From: an uncultured Pseudomonadota bacterium | Lineage (GTDB): Bacteria > Oederibacteriota > Muellerivitia > Muellerivitales > Muellerivitaceae | DNA: 64,000 nucleotides | Assembly (NCBI GenBank): GCA_963836235.1 | Contig: CAWIIP010000004.1 | Span: 96,001 to 160,000 of the forward strand | Direction of reading: 5' to 3' | Part shown: one piece after another, positions 50,794 through 58,767 of the stretch | Numbering within the stretch: position 1 is the first letter of the stretch | Layout of the letters: each line of letters begins with the position of its first letter | Position numbers and translations under genes: made by a program | The notes under the pieces: generated by a model | What the model saw: the letters and a program-made list of their open reading frames with translations, nothing else | What the model was told of the DNA's origin: nothing | Database searches by the model: none

Positions 50794-51387
50794 ATGGTAA
50801 AATTTCTTAACATGAGCAAAAAACTTGGAATTTTCATTGATAGCTGTGCTTGGAATTTCCTTTACGACCACGGAATAAATTTGTCCAAAGAATTGCCAGT
50901 GGATGAGTTTGATTTATTTGTTACGAAAGAAGTTGGTTCGTTCGAGATTCCAGAAATTCCTGAAGAGAAGAAAGGCCTCGCGGAATACATTCGAAAACAA
51001 AGGGAGGAGCGAGGCGTTAAGGAAGATTCGTATTTTGGTTTCTCTTCTTACAATGACCCGCCGGAAAAGCGATACAGAATTGGCGGTTTTGGTGAAGGGC
51101 GATTTGCAACTTACCGGGATGCAGAAGTGTTGAAGAAATTCCAGATAATACCGGCTCCGGGAGAAAAAGAGGGGAAGACAGGTCTTTATAAGAATGAAGC
51201 GGATGCCTCTCTCGCCGTCAGAGCTGGTGTTGGGAATGTTGTGTTGACAGCAGAGAAATTGAATAAAGGGCCGTTAAAAAAAGCCTCAAGTGAGTATGGG
51301 CGAGTAGTTAGTTTGTTGGGCTTTAATCCTTCAAATCAATCCTTGAAGAATTACATAATCTCGTCAGTTAAACCGAACAAACATTAA
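50794..51387 (+). CDS. Hypothetical protein, possible PIN-like fold
   Basis: IFIDSCAWN, ADASLA, VVLTAE resemble PIN acidic motifs. Confidence 0.5.
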   Translation: MVKFLNMSKKLGIFIDSCAWNFLYDHGINLSKELPVDEFDLFVTKEVGSFEIPEIPEEKKGLAEYIRKQREERGVKEDSYFGFSSYNDPPEKRYRIGGFGEGRFATYRDAEVLKKFQIIPAPGEKEGKTGLYKNEADASLAVRAGVGNVVLTAEKLNKGPLKKASSEYGRVVSLLGFNPSNQSLKNYIISSVKPNKH

Positions 51388-51423
51388 CATACTTATTTGG
51401 TCCAACTGATTATTTCGACCTTT

Positions 51424-51453
51424 TTACCCATGGCGGGGGAGTGGTGTGGATAA
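51424..51453 (+). repeat. Possible highly degenerate terminal site S13
   Basis: TTACCCATGGCGGGGGAGTGGTGTGGATAA; 19/30 identity by hand; at the expected position after the last cassette. Confidence 0.35.
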
Positions 51454-51510
51454 CAACCAAGCCCCTTTTAACCCGTTGCTTTGAATTTCCCTTGGAGGTT
51501 TTTTTAGCCA

Positions 51511-52242
51511 ATGTGTGGACGATACATAATCAGCTCTGATCCCGGTAAGGTTGCCAAGGACTTTAAGGCCGACCCTTACGAGTCCTTTAAGCCCAGCTAC
51601 AATGTCAAGCCGACCCAAAAGGCCCCGATCATTCGCCTGAACCCCGAAACCGGAAAAAGGGAACTGGTCCTGGTCAAATGGGGGATGCCTTTTTTTGACC
51701 TGAAATCCAAGAAATATATTTATAAGCTTATCAACGCCGTGGGCGAGACCATCACCGAGAAAGCGACCTTCAAGAAGCATTTCAGGGAAGACAGATGTTT
51801 GGTTCCTGTAGACGGCTTTTACGAATGGAAGGAAATCTCCAGTAAGTTGAAACAGCCTTACTTCATCGAGTTAAAGGCCAAAGGCACCTTCGCTTTTGCC
51901 GGTATTTGGGGCCGGTGGAACATGACGGTGGACGACGAAGCCACCATCCTCAAAAAGAAAATGGTAAACCCCAATTACGAACCCAAAAAGGAGGAAGTCG
52001 AGACTTTCTCCATTATCACAACCACCCCCAACAAACTGCTGAAAGAAATCCATAACACCAAGCCCCGTATGCCGGTCATCGTCGAAAAAAAGAATTGGGA
52101 TGCTTGGTTGGACCGTTCCTTCCAGGAGGAGGGTTCTTTAAAAGGCTTCTTGCGGTCTTATCCCGATGAGAAAATGCAGGCATGGCCGGTCAAGCCGCTC
52201 TCCGGGGATGATGCTTCGCTTATTGAAAAAGTAAAGATTTAG
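51511..52242 (+). CDS. SOS response-associated peptidase (SRAP/YedK/HMCES family)
   Basis: N-terminal MCGRY, YNVKPTQ, RCLVP.DGFYEW, IH...RMP. Confidence 0.93.
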   Translation: MCGRYIISSDPGKVAKDFKADPYESFKPSYNVKPTQKAPIIRLNPETGKRELVLVKWGMPFFDLKSKKYIYKLINAVGETITEKATFKKHFREDRCLVPVDGFYEWKEISSKLKQPYFIELKAKGTFAFAGIWGRWNMTVDDEATILKKKMVNPNYEPKKEEVETFSIITTTPNKLLKEIHNTKPRMPVIVEKKNWDAWLDRSFQEEGSLKGFLRSYPDEKMQAWPVKPLSGDDASLIEKVKI

Positions 52243-52244
52243 GA

Positions 52245-52451
52245 ATGAAAGACTTTCCTTTTTGGCGCGGGGCGATCTACGCCGCAAAGACAGCTCTTAT
52301 TTTAAAAACCGTTGGGGAGGATCTTTCAAATTTCCAAGCCCAATCCGGGCTTTTTGGCGACGAGGAGAAGAAGCTGACCGACGAACAAGTGGCTGTCCTG
52401 CGCACGCAATACTCTGAAAAGATGAAAAAACTTATCGCGGAGAGGATTTGA
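52245..52451 (+). CDS. Hypothetical small protein
   Basis: 68 aa ORF tightly packed between SRAP and next gene. Confidence 0.45.
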   Translation: MKDFPFWRGAIYAAKTALILKTVGEDLSNFQAQSGLFGDEEKKLTDEQVAVLRTQYSEKMKKLIAERI

Positions 52452-52930
52452 AAATGAAAAATATTAATTCTCTATCTACTTTGCAAATCGGGGCGCTTGG
52501 TGTGTTACTAACCCAATTTGAGCTTCTTAAGGAGGGAATTGAATCCGCGCATCTTACTACTGATGCCGGTATTGACCTTGTGGCCTATTCGCCAAAAAAA
52601 GTTAAACCAGTTACCATTCAGGTAAAAGCTAATTTAAAACCCAAACCAGGTGGCGGCAAAGGCCCGAATTCAGTTGATTGGACTGTTCCAGGTGATTCGC
52701 CAGCCGAATTGTTCTCCTTTGTCGATGTTTCGGAAAGACGGGTTTGGCTAGTTACAAAAAATGAAATAGAAAGGGTGGCTCAACAACACCCGAAAAGTGG
52801 GAAGCACCATTTATATATGTACGTTGTGGACCCGGCCAAACTTAAAGGAAAAATTGGTATCGCTTCCCACGTTTCTAATTTTGATAAATACCGCCTTGAA
52901 AAAAGAATTAAAGAGCTTTTTTTTACTTAA
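52448..52930 (+). CDS. PD-(D/E)XK-family nuclease-like protein
   Basis: GIDLVAY ... TIQVKA motif. Confidence 0.6.
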   Translation: MKMKNINSLSTLQIGALGVLLTQFELLKEGIESAHLTTDAGIDLVAYSPKKVKPVTIQVKANLKPKPGGGKGPNSVDWTVPGDSPAELFSFVDVSERRVWLVTKNEIERVAQQHPKSGKHHLYMYVVDPAKLKGKIGIASHVSNFDKYRLEKRIKELFFT

Positions 52931-52987
52931 AAAATTCTTCAATTCCCTGAAAATTCTCTCATTTCAAATTTACTAACTCATTAAAAC

Positions 52988-53029
52988 TTGACCTTTACGA
53001 AAGGCGGAAGGTATACAAGAGTATACCTT
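52988..53029 (+). promoter_or_regulatory. umuDC promoter with perfect palindromic operator (candidate SOS box)
   Basis: TTGACC -35 at 52988; AAGGTATAC-AAGA-GTATACCTT at 53008-53029. Confidence 0.7.
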
Positions 53030-53054
53030 TACCCTATTTCGCAAGGATATTGTC

Positions 53055-53522
53055 ATGCGCGCTCACTTTCTAGGACCCATCGATAAACACAAAGATATTC
53101 TCCTCGACCTGATAGACCCGCCCATTCATGCCGGGGCACCCGGCCCCCCGGAAGAGTACCGGCGAAAGAGGGTGGATCTCAACAAGCTCCTCATGGACAA
53201 CATGGACGCCACTTTTCTTTGGTTTGCCGAAGGGGAATCCATGATCGATATCGGCATCCGAACCGACGACCTTTTGGTGATTGATCGTTCCTTGGACGCG
53301 GTGGATGGGGACATTGTGGTGGCTGGCTTCAACGGGGACAACACCGTGAAACGGCTTTCCGTGAACAAGGAAAAAGTCTTTTTGCTTCCCGAAAATTCCA
53401 ATTACCAACCCATCCCCATCAACCCCGAGGAAGGCGTCACCATTTGGGGCGTGGTCATCCTTGTCATTCACCCCTTGAGGAAGTCCTATGAACTCCGTCG
53501 TCGCCTTAATCGATTGCAATAA
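53055..53522 (+). CDS. umuD: UmuD-like S24 peptidase
   Basis: AG cleavage site (HAG.P.P), GESM, TVKRL catalytic Ser/Lys. Confidence 0.88.
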   Translation: MRAHFLGPIDKHKDILLDLIDPPIHAGAPGPPEEYRRKRVDLNKLLMDNMDATFLWFAEGESMIDIGIRTDDLLVIDRSLDAVDGDIVVAGFNGDNTVKRLSVNKEKVFLLPENSNYQPIPINPEEGVTIWGVVILVIHPLRKSYELRRRLNRLQ

Positions 53523-54759
53523 CTACTACGTCAGTTGCGAGAGGCTGTTTAACCTCAGGCTACGCGATAGGCCGGTGGTGGTCTTGTCCAACAACGACGG
53601 CATTATTATTTCCCGCTCGAACGAGGCCAAGGCCTTGGGGATCAAGATGGGCTCCCCCTTATTCGAGGTTAGGGAAGCGGTCGAGAGGCTGGGGATCATT
53701 GTCATCTCCTCAAATTACCCCTTCTACTTCGACATGTGCGACCGGGTGCGGGGCGTCTTGGCCCGGTTCACCCCGCTCCTGGATAAATACTCCATAGACG
53801 AGTGCTTTCTTGACCTCTCCGGCATACCTGCCCACGAGCTGGACGGTTATGGGCGCTTGATAAAAAAGACGGTTGAGAAATGGACGGGGATACCGGTCAC
53901 CGTGGGGATCGCCGAGACGAAATGCCTCGCCAAGGTCGCCAATAAGATCGCCAAGAAATCGAAGAGGGCCAAGGGAGTCCTGAACCTTTACCAATCCCCC
54001 CACATGGAGAGGGCGTTGGGGATGACCGACGTGGGGAGCCTTTGGGGAGTTGGGCCGGCCTACGAGAACGCCTTGAAGGGGGTGGGGATCAAGACGGCCC
54101 TGGATTTCGTCAGGGCCGAGGAACATTGGGTGAGGAAAAAAATGACGGTGGTGGGGTCCAGGATACAGATGGAACTCAAGGGCTTCCCTTGCATTCCGCT
54201 GGAATGGATTCCTCCCTCTAAGGAGCAGATGGGTATCGCGCAGGGTTTCGGGGTGCTGGTGGAGACCTTGGAGGAAATGCGGGAGGCCGCGGCCTTCAAG
54301 GGCTCGGAAATGGCGGCCAAGGCGAGAAGGGAAAAGAAGGCCATCAAGGAAATGACCGTCTGGATTCAGACCAACCCTTTCAGCGACGGCCCCAGCCACG
54401 AGGATTCGGAACCTATCGTTTTTCCGGTGGCCACCCAGGACACGGCCACTCTCATCCGGGCGGTGGAGGGGCCGGTGTCCCGGCTTTACAAACCCGGTTT
54501 CGGCTACAAGCGCATCGGGGTTTGGGCGAAAAAACTTGAGGGCGAGGATTGCGTCCAGGGCCACCTCTGGGTCAACCCGGACCGGGAGAAAAAACCCAAG
54601 CTCCTTAAGTGTATGGACCAGATCAACCGGGACTTTGGGCCGGGCACCCTGCGCATGGCCTCGGTGGTACGGAACCCAAGGTGGCCCACCCGGTTCGACC
54701 ACCAAAGCCCGGCCTACACGACGGACCCGATGGGGATTCCAAGGGCCAGGGTGAAATAA
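53488..54759 (+). CDS. umuC: Y-family DNA polymerase V subunit
   Basis: LIDCNNYYVSCER, VVLSNNDG, YSIDE, C-terminal SPAYTT. Confidence 0.93.
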   Translation: MNSVVALIDCNNYYVSCERLFNLRLRDRPVVVLSNNDGIIISRSNEAKALGIKMGSPLFEVREAVERLGIIVISSNYPFYFDMCDRVRGVLARFTPLLDKYSIDECFLDLSGIPAHELDGYGRLIKKTVEKWTGIPVTVGIAETKCLAKVANKIAKKSKRAKGVLNLYQSPHMERALGMTDVGSLWGVGPAYENALKGVGIKTALDFVRAEEHWVRKKMTVVGSRIQMELKGFPCIPLEWIPPSKEQMGIAQGFGVLVETLEEMREAAAFKGSEMAAKARREKKAIKEMTVWIQTNPFSDGPSHEDSEPIVFPVATQDTATLIRAVEGPVSRLYKPGFGYKRIGVWAKKLEGEDCVQGHLWVNPDREKKPKLLKCMDQINRDFGPGTLRMASVVRNPRWPTRFDHQSPAYTTDPMGIPRARVK

Positions 54760-54876
54760 AAAACACTCGTGAAATCATTTCAGCGAGGAATAGTAATGGT
54801 TTTGTCGATGTCCCATGGAAGTGAAACTTCCGCGCCATGGAAGTCGAAAAATGAAGTTTCCCGTTTGTTTGGGTCT

Positions 54877-54971
54877 GTTTTCTCATGCTCCGATGGCGAA
54901 CCCCCCTATCTACGCATCAAGTGATGATGCGAGAACCGATAGGGGGGTTCGCCCTCTACGCATGAGAAAAC
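54877..54971. other. Long imperfect inverted repeat
   Basis: GTTTTCTCATGC/GCATGAGAAAAC, GGCGAACCCCCCTATC/GATAGGGGGGTTCGCC, CGCATCA/TGATGCG nested stems. Confidence 0.8.
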
Positions 54972-55185
54972 CTTTATAAACCAGAGAAATTGACTTGATG
55001 CGGAAGTTAATAGGAGTGAGAAAGACAACAGAAAAGACAAAGACACACATAGGAAACTGGAGTGGGAGGACGGGAGTGAAGTGGTGGGGGTATGCGATGT
55101 GGTAGGTGCTAAGGCAGACCGTAGCCGGGGGAGTTAGTGGTAGGTGGATATTGGACGGGTTAAAGACAAGGCAAAGGATCGAGGC

Positions 55186-55229
55186 AATGGGGCCTCCTGG
55201 AAAAACACCAGGAGGCCCCATTTTTTTTT
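55186..55229 (+). terminator. Strong intrinsic terminator with no upstream CDS
   Basis: AATGGGGCCTCCTGG-AAAAACA-CCAGGAGGCCCCATT then T-run. Confidence 0.85.
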
Positions 55230-55499
55230 ACTTGTTAGGGAACAGGTTAGGGGACTGCTTATAGGGTTATGGATTAAACGCAAGAAGGCCATTTAAGGGG
55301 GGAACGAAAAAGGGAAGAACGTCCTTTTTCGTGGGCCTTCCCCCTGGTCCAAGCTTCCCCACAAAAGCGGTGGGGAATCTCGGACCACCCCTTTCCCCTG
55401 GGGGCTTTGCCCCCAAGCCCCTTACCAAAAGGGAAAGACCCCTTTTGGAATTCCCAAGGAAACACCGTTGGTAGTGATAGGAGTTGTCGCGTTGAAGCT

Positions 55500-55708
55500 C
55501 CCTTTCATTTTCCAACGGGGACCCCACCAAGCCGAAATCCCCCTTACCGGCTTTCTATCCAGCCAAAGTATTTGAGCCCTTCGGGGAATGGAATTTTGGA
55601 GGCTAAAAGCCGGTAAGGGGGATTTCAGATTGGCCCATCCCCGTTGGCACTGTCCCGCCTGGGCCACGGAAAAATGCGGCCCTGGCAGGACAGCGATAAA
55701 TGAAAGGG
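55500..55708. other. Long multi-stem inverted repeat
   Basis: 21-bp perfect IR 55534-55554/55606-55626, outer CCAACGGGGA/TCCCCGTTGG and CCCTTTCATTT/AAATGAAAGGG. Confidence 0.8.
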
Positions 55709-56235
55709 GACTTTGAGTCCTCAGGGCCGTTTCAAAAAAGGAAAATTTCGGGGTAACCGCAAAAGATACCCCCTCGGTTTCCCTTTTTTGAAAGGACTTC
55801 GTCCCCGCCTTCGGAAAGCACGAAGGCTCCCGGCACTTCGGGTATCGGGGAACCATTAAAACCTTCGCCGTGGATCTGAGTCGTTATTCCCGCCTGAAGT
55901 ATTCCAGCAAACCCATAAAGCAGACATAGAAGTCCGGTACCCCAGGTATTAGGACGATGGACAGTTTCGGGAATTCGTCCCGAGGCCTTATAGCAGTTTT
56001 CCTTTCCACACGGCCACCCTTGCAAGGCAACTTTTGCGCCAGCCAAAGAGCGGCTGTCACAAAAGTTAAGGGATGGCCTTGCCTTTCTTCTCCTCCGATT
56101 AGTTCAGGACGTTTCCCCGCACGAACTCCCAAAACTCCGGCTTTGCCTTCTCCCTCCCCCCTTTTTTGTGAGGGGGGAGGGGGAAGGCGGTTTTTAAAAG
56201 GCGAAGAGCCTTCAAAAAAAAAGGAGGTGGTGGAC

Positions 56236-56355
56236 ATGGACGAGAACACGAAGCCGGAGGAGAAGACGGGAGGAATCCAAGGCGAGGGCTGGAAAGTCAC
56301 CGACGAGGAGATCGACCGGGTCATCAAGAAGCTGGAAGAGGGTTGGGGGTTTTAA
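56236..56355 (+). CDS. Small acidic hypothetical peptide (39 aa)
   Basis: AAGGAGGT RBS, first ORF of the ardC operon. Confidence 0.5.
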   Translation: MDENTKPEEKTGGIQGEGWKVTDEEIDRVIKKLEEGWGF

Positions 56356-56364
56356 GGAGGGGGT

Positions 56365-56595
56365 ATGGCGCGCTCATCGTTTCAGGTCAGGAAGTTCAAA
56401 GTTTTGGGCCGGTATGAAATCCACTTTGGGCAGGTGGAAGGGTTCTTTTTCTACGAGATCGAGGACTTGGAAACCCTTGCCATGGTGGACGTGAAAGACG
56501 GCTTGACCGAGGGCGAGTTTTTGGAAGCGGTGGGAAGCGCCATGAACCCGATGGAATTCTTTGTTTTTCAAAAGCTTATTCACTCAATCACATAA
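56365..56595 (+). CDS. Small acidic hypothetical protein
   Basis: AAGGAGG RBS; operonic. Confidence 0.6.
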   Translation: MARSSFQVRKFKVLGRYEIHFGQVEGFFFYEIEDLETLAMVDVKDGLTEGEFLEAVGSAMNPMEFFVFQKLIHSIT

Positions 56596-56607
56596 GGAGG
56601 CAGACAG

Positions 56608-57516
56608 ATGAAAAACAACATCGCCGAGGAAATCACGAACCGGATTTTGCAGGACTTGGAAAAGGGCGTCATGCCTTGGGAGAAACCCTGGAAGCAGGGG
56701 CGGGGGCTCCCCCTGCCGGTTAACGCCAGCACGGGGAAGCACTACCGGGGGATTAACGTTTTGGTTCTATGGGACGAGGCCGTGAAGCGGGGATTTTCTT
56801 CCCCCTCATGGGTCACCTTCAACCAAGCCAAGGCCTTAAAGGGAAACGTCAAGAAGGGCGAAAAGGGTTGCGGGGTCGTTTTCTACAAGCGCCTCGCCAA
56901 GACCAAATCCTTGAACCTTTCGGATGAAGTCATGCTCGAACAGCAGACCTTTTGGATTTTGAGGACTTACACGGTTTTCAACCTCGACCAAGTAGAAGGG
57001 CTTGACCACCTGAAAGTAAAACCCGAAACCATCGAGCCCTTTGCCGCCATCGAGGAGGCCGAAGGGCTTTTAGTGGATTCGGGGGCGGAGATTCACCACG
57101 CCGCCCAAGATCGGGCCTTTTACGACCGCAAGGGGGACTTTATCTCCCTCCCCTTGAAAGAGAGCTTCAAGACCCCGGAAGGCTACTACGGCACTGCCTT
57201 GCACGAGTTGACCCACTGGACGGGCCACGAAACCCGCTTGAAACGGGAATTCGGGAAATGGTTTGGCGATCAAGCCTATGCCTTCGAGGAATTGGTGGCC
57301 GAAATGGGAGCCGCCTTCCTTTCCGTTTCTTGCGGCATTCCTTACGTCACCCGGCATTCCGACTACATCGGCGACTGGATTCAGGTTTTGAAAGACCACA
57401 AGAGGGCCATCTTCACGGCGGCGTCAAAGGCCCAGGCCGCCATGGATTTTGTCTTGAAGAGAACCCAAGAGGATTCCGAAGCCACTGAAACCATGCCGGA
57501 CCAATCAGCCGCCTGA
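56608..57516 (+). CDS. ardC: ArdC-family anti-restriction ssDNA-binding protein (DUF1738 + zincin-like)
   Basis: PW.KPW, YRGIN, W.TF.QA, KGEKG, VFN.DQ, HEL.HWTGH..RL.R, YA.EEL.AE. Confidence 0.92.
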   Translation: MKNNIAEEITNRILQDLEKGVMPWEKPWKQGRGLPLPVNASTGKHYRGINVLVLWDEAVKRGFSSPSWVTFNQAKALKGNVKKGEKGCGVVFYKRLAKTKSLNLSDEVMLEQQTFWILRTYTVFNLDQVEGLDHLKVKPETIEPFAAIEEAEGLLVDSGAEIHHAAQDRAFYDRKGDFISLPLKESFKTPEGYYGTALHELTHWTGHETRLKREFGKWFGDQAYAFEELVAEMGAAFLSVSCGIPYVTRHSDYIGDWIQVLKDHKRAIFTAASKAQAAMDFVLKRTQEDSEATETMPDQSAA

Positions 57517-57528
57517 AAGGAGGGGATT

Positions 57529-58011
57529 ATGAAAAAGCAATTAGTCATGAGATTCAACTTGGATAGTTTCCCCGCGCCGACCGTTCCGCCCGCGTCTTGG
57601 GCGGAGGCGCGGGCCACCTATAAGCGAGGGCCGGTGGTGGGAAGCCCAGACGCAGTGGTTTCATACTTCAAGAAGTTCATCGGAGGGAAACCCAACGAGG
57701 CTTTCCTTTGTATGTTTTTGGACCACCGGAACCACGTCTTGGACTGCGTCTTGATGCAGGAGGGAACTGTGGACCACACCGCAGTCTACCCAAGGGAGAT
57801 TTTCAAGAAAGCTTTCGAACTGAAATCGGCCAGCGGTTTGATCCTCGTGCATAACCATCCGGCTGGAAGCCTGGAACCGTCCGAGGGGGACAAGGCTTTG
57901 ACCCGGCAGATGATGACCGCCGCCCGTTCCTTGGGGTTCACCATCCACGATCATTTGATCGTGGCCCACGAGGGGCATTTTTCTTTCCGCCTAGCCGGAC
58001 TTTTAACCTAA
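57529..58011 (+). CDS. RadC-like JAB-domain protein
   Basis: VYPREI, HNHP.G...PS..D, DHLI. Confidence 0.9.
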   Translation: MKKQLVMRFNLDSFPAPTVPPASWAEARATYKRGPVVGSPDAVVSYFKKFIGGKPNEAFLCMFLDHRNHVLDCVLMQEGTVDHTAVYPREIFKKAFELKSASGLILVHNHPAGSLEPSEGDKALTRQMMTAARSLGFTIHDHLIVAHEGHFSFRLAGLLT

Positions 58012-58020
58012 GGGGGAACT

Positions 58021-58242
58021 ATGGAAGCCAAGATCAAGAAAATCGGCCAGGAGGCTTTTTGGGTAAGGGGTGGAAATTACCGAACCGTCACAAAGGTCTT
58101 TTTCAAGGATGGGACGGCCATAACCTTTTGGGAAAAGCTTTCCCGGAAGGAGGCGAGTTTTAAGGCCTATTACCAGAAGGGGGTGGACGCAGGAATGACG
58201 GTTGAGGAGGCAACCGTTTTTGCCCAAGGGGGCGGGGTATGA
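58021..58242 (+). CDS. Hypothetical small protein
   Basis: GGGGGA RBS; operonic. Confidence 0.55.
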   Translation: MEAKIKKIGQEAFWVRGGNYRTVTKVFFKDGTAITFWEKLSRKEASFKAYYQKGVDAGMTVEEATVFAQGGGV

Positions 58243-58424
58243 GCCCCCTTGAATCGAATCCCCCGAAGGAAAAACCTGCCAAAATGGGCTTTGACAATTT
58301 CCACCTAGACCATTTTACCTGTAGATGTTGCGGGGCTCATGTGGTCATAAAGAACACCGAGCATTTCAAGATGCTTTGCCCGGAATGCGATCCGGACAGT
58401 TACCAGGAACCTAGTTGGGACTAA
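58239..58424 (+). CDS. Small zinc-ribbon-like protein
   Basis: CRCCG ... CPEC; overlaps upstream stop. Confidence 0.5.
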   Translation: MSPLESNPPKEKPAKMGFDNFHLDHFTCRCCGAHVVIKNTEHFKMLCPECDPDSYQEPSWD

Positions 58425-58446
58425 CCCTTTGAACCAGGGAAACCAA

Positions 58447-58489
58447 CCGCCACCTTTGCCGGTGTGGCCTCCGTGACCAAAGGTGGCGG
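58447..58489. terminator. Stem-loop ending the ardC operon
   Basis: CCGCCACCTTTG / CAAAGGTGGCGG; weak T-tail. Confidence 0.45.
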
Positions 58490-58767
58490 CGCGGGTTTAA
58501 AAATAGATTTTTAAGCTCCGAGGGCTTCACCCCGAACATATAAAGAATTGATTCGTTATTTCTCTGAAACCAGATGGCTTTCTTCCCCCCATTCCTGCCG
58601 GGGGTAGATTAAAGTCAGTTAGGGAAGGGCTCACGCAGTGAATATTAACCACTTCAAGAGTGGCTAACCTGGGAATTTCACAATTATGAAAGGTCCTTGG
58701 CCAACTAGACCCTATTGCCTTTTCTGATTATCAAAACATTAACTGTATAATGACCCTTAATTAAATC

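Noticed and set aside
53710-54705. 331 aa ORF antisense to umuC
   Set aside because: Shadow of a GC-rich coding strand.
54910-56327. Several 70-150 aa ORFs in the structured region
   Set aside because: Overlapping on both strands, low complexity, no RBS or motifs; better explained as non-coding structure (except the 39 aa ORF at 56236).
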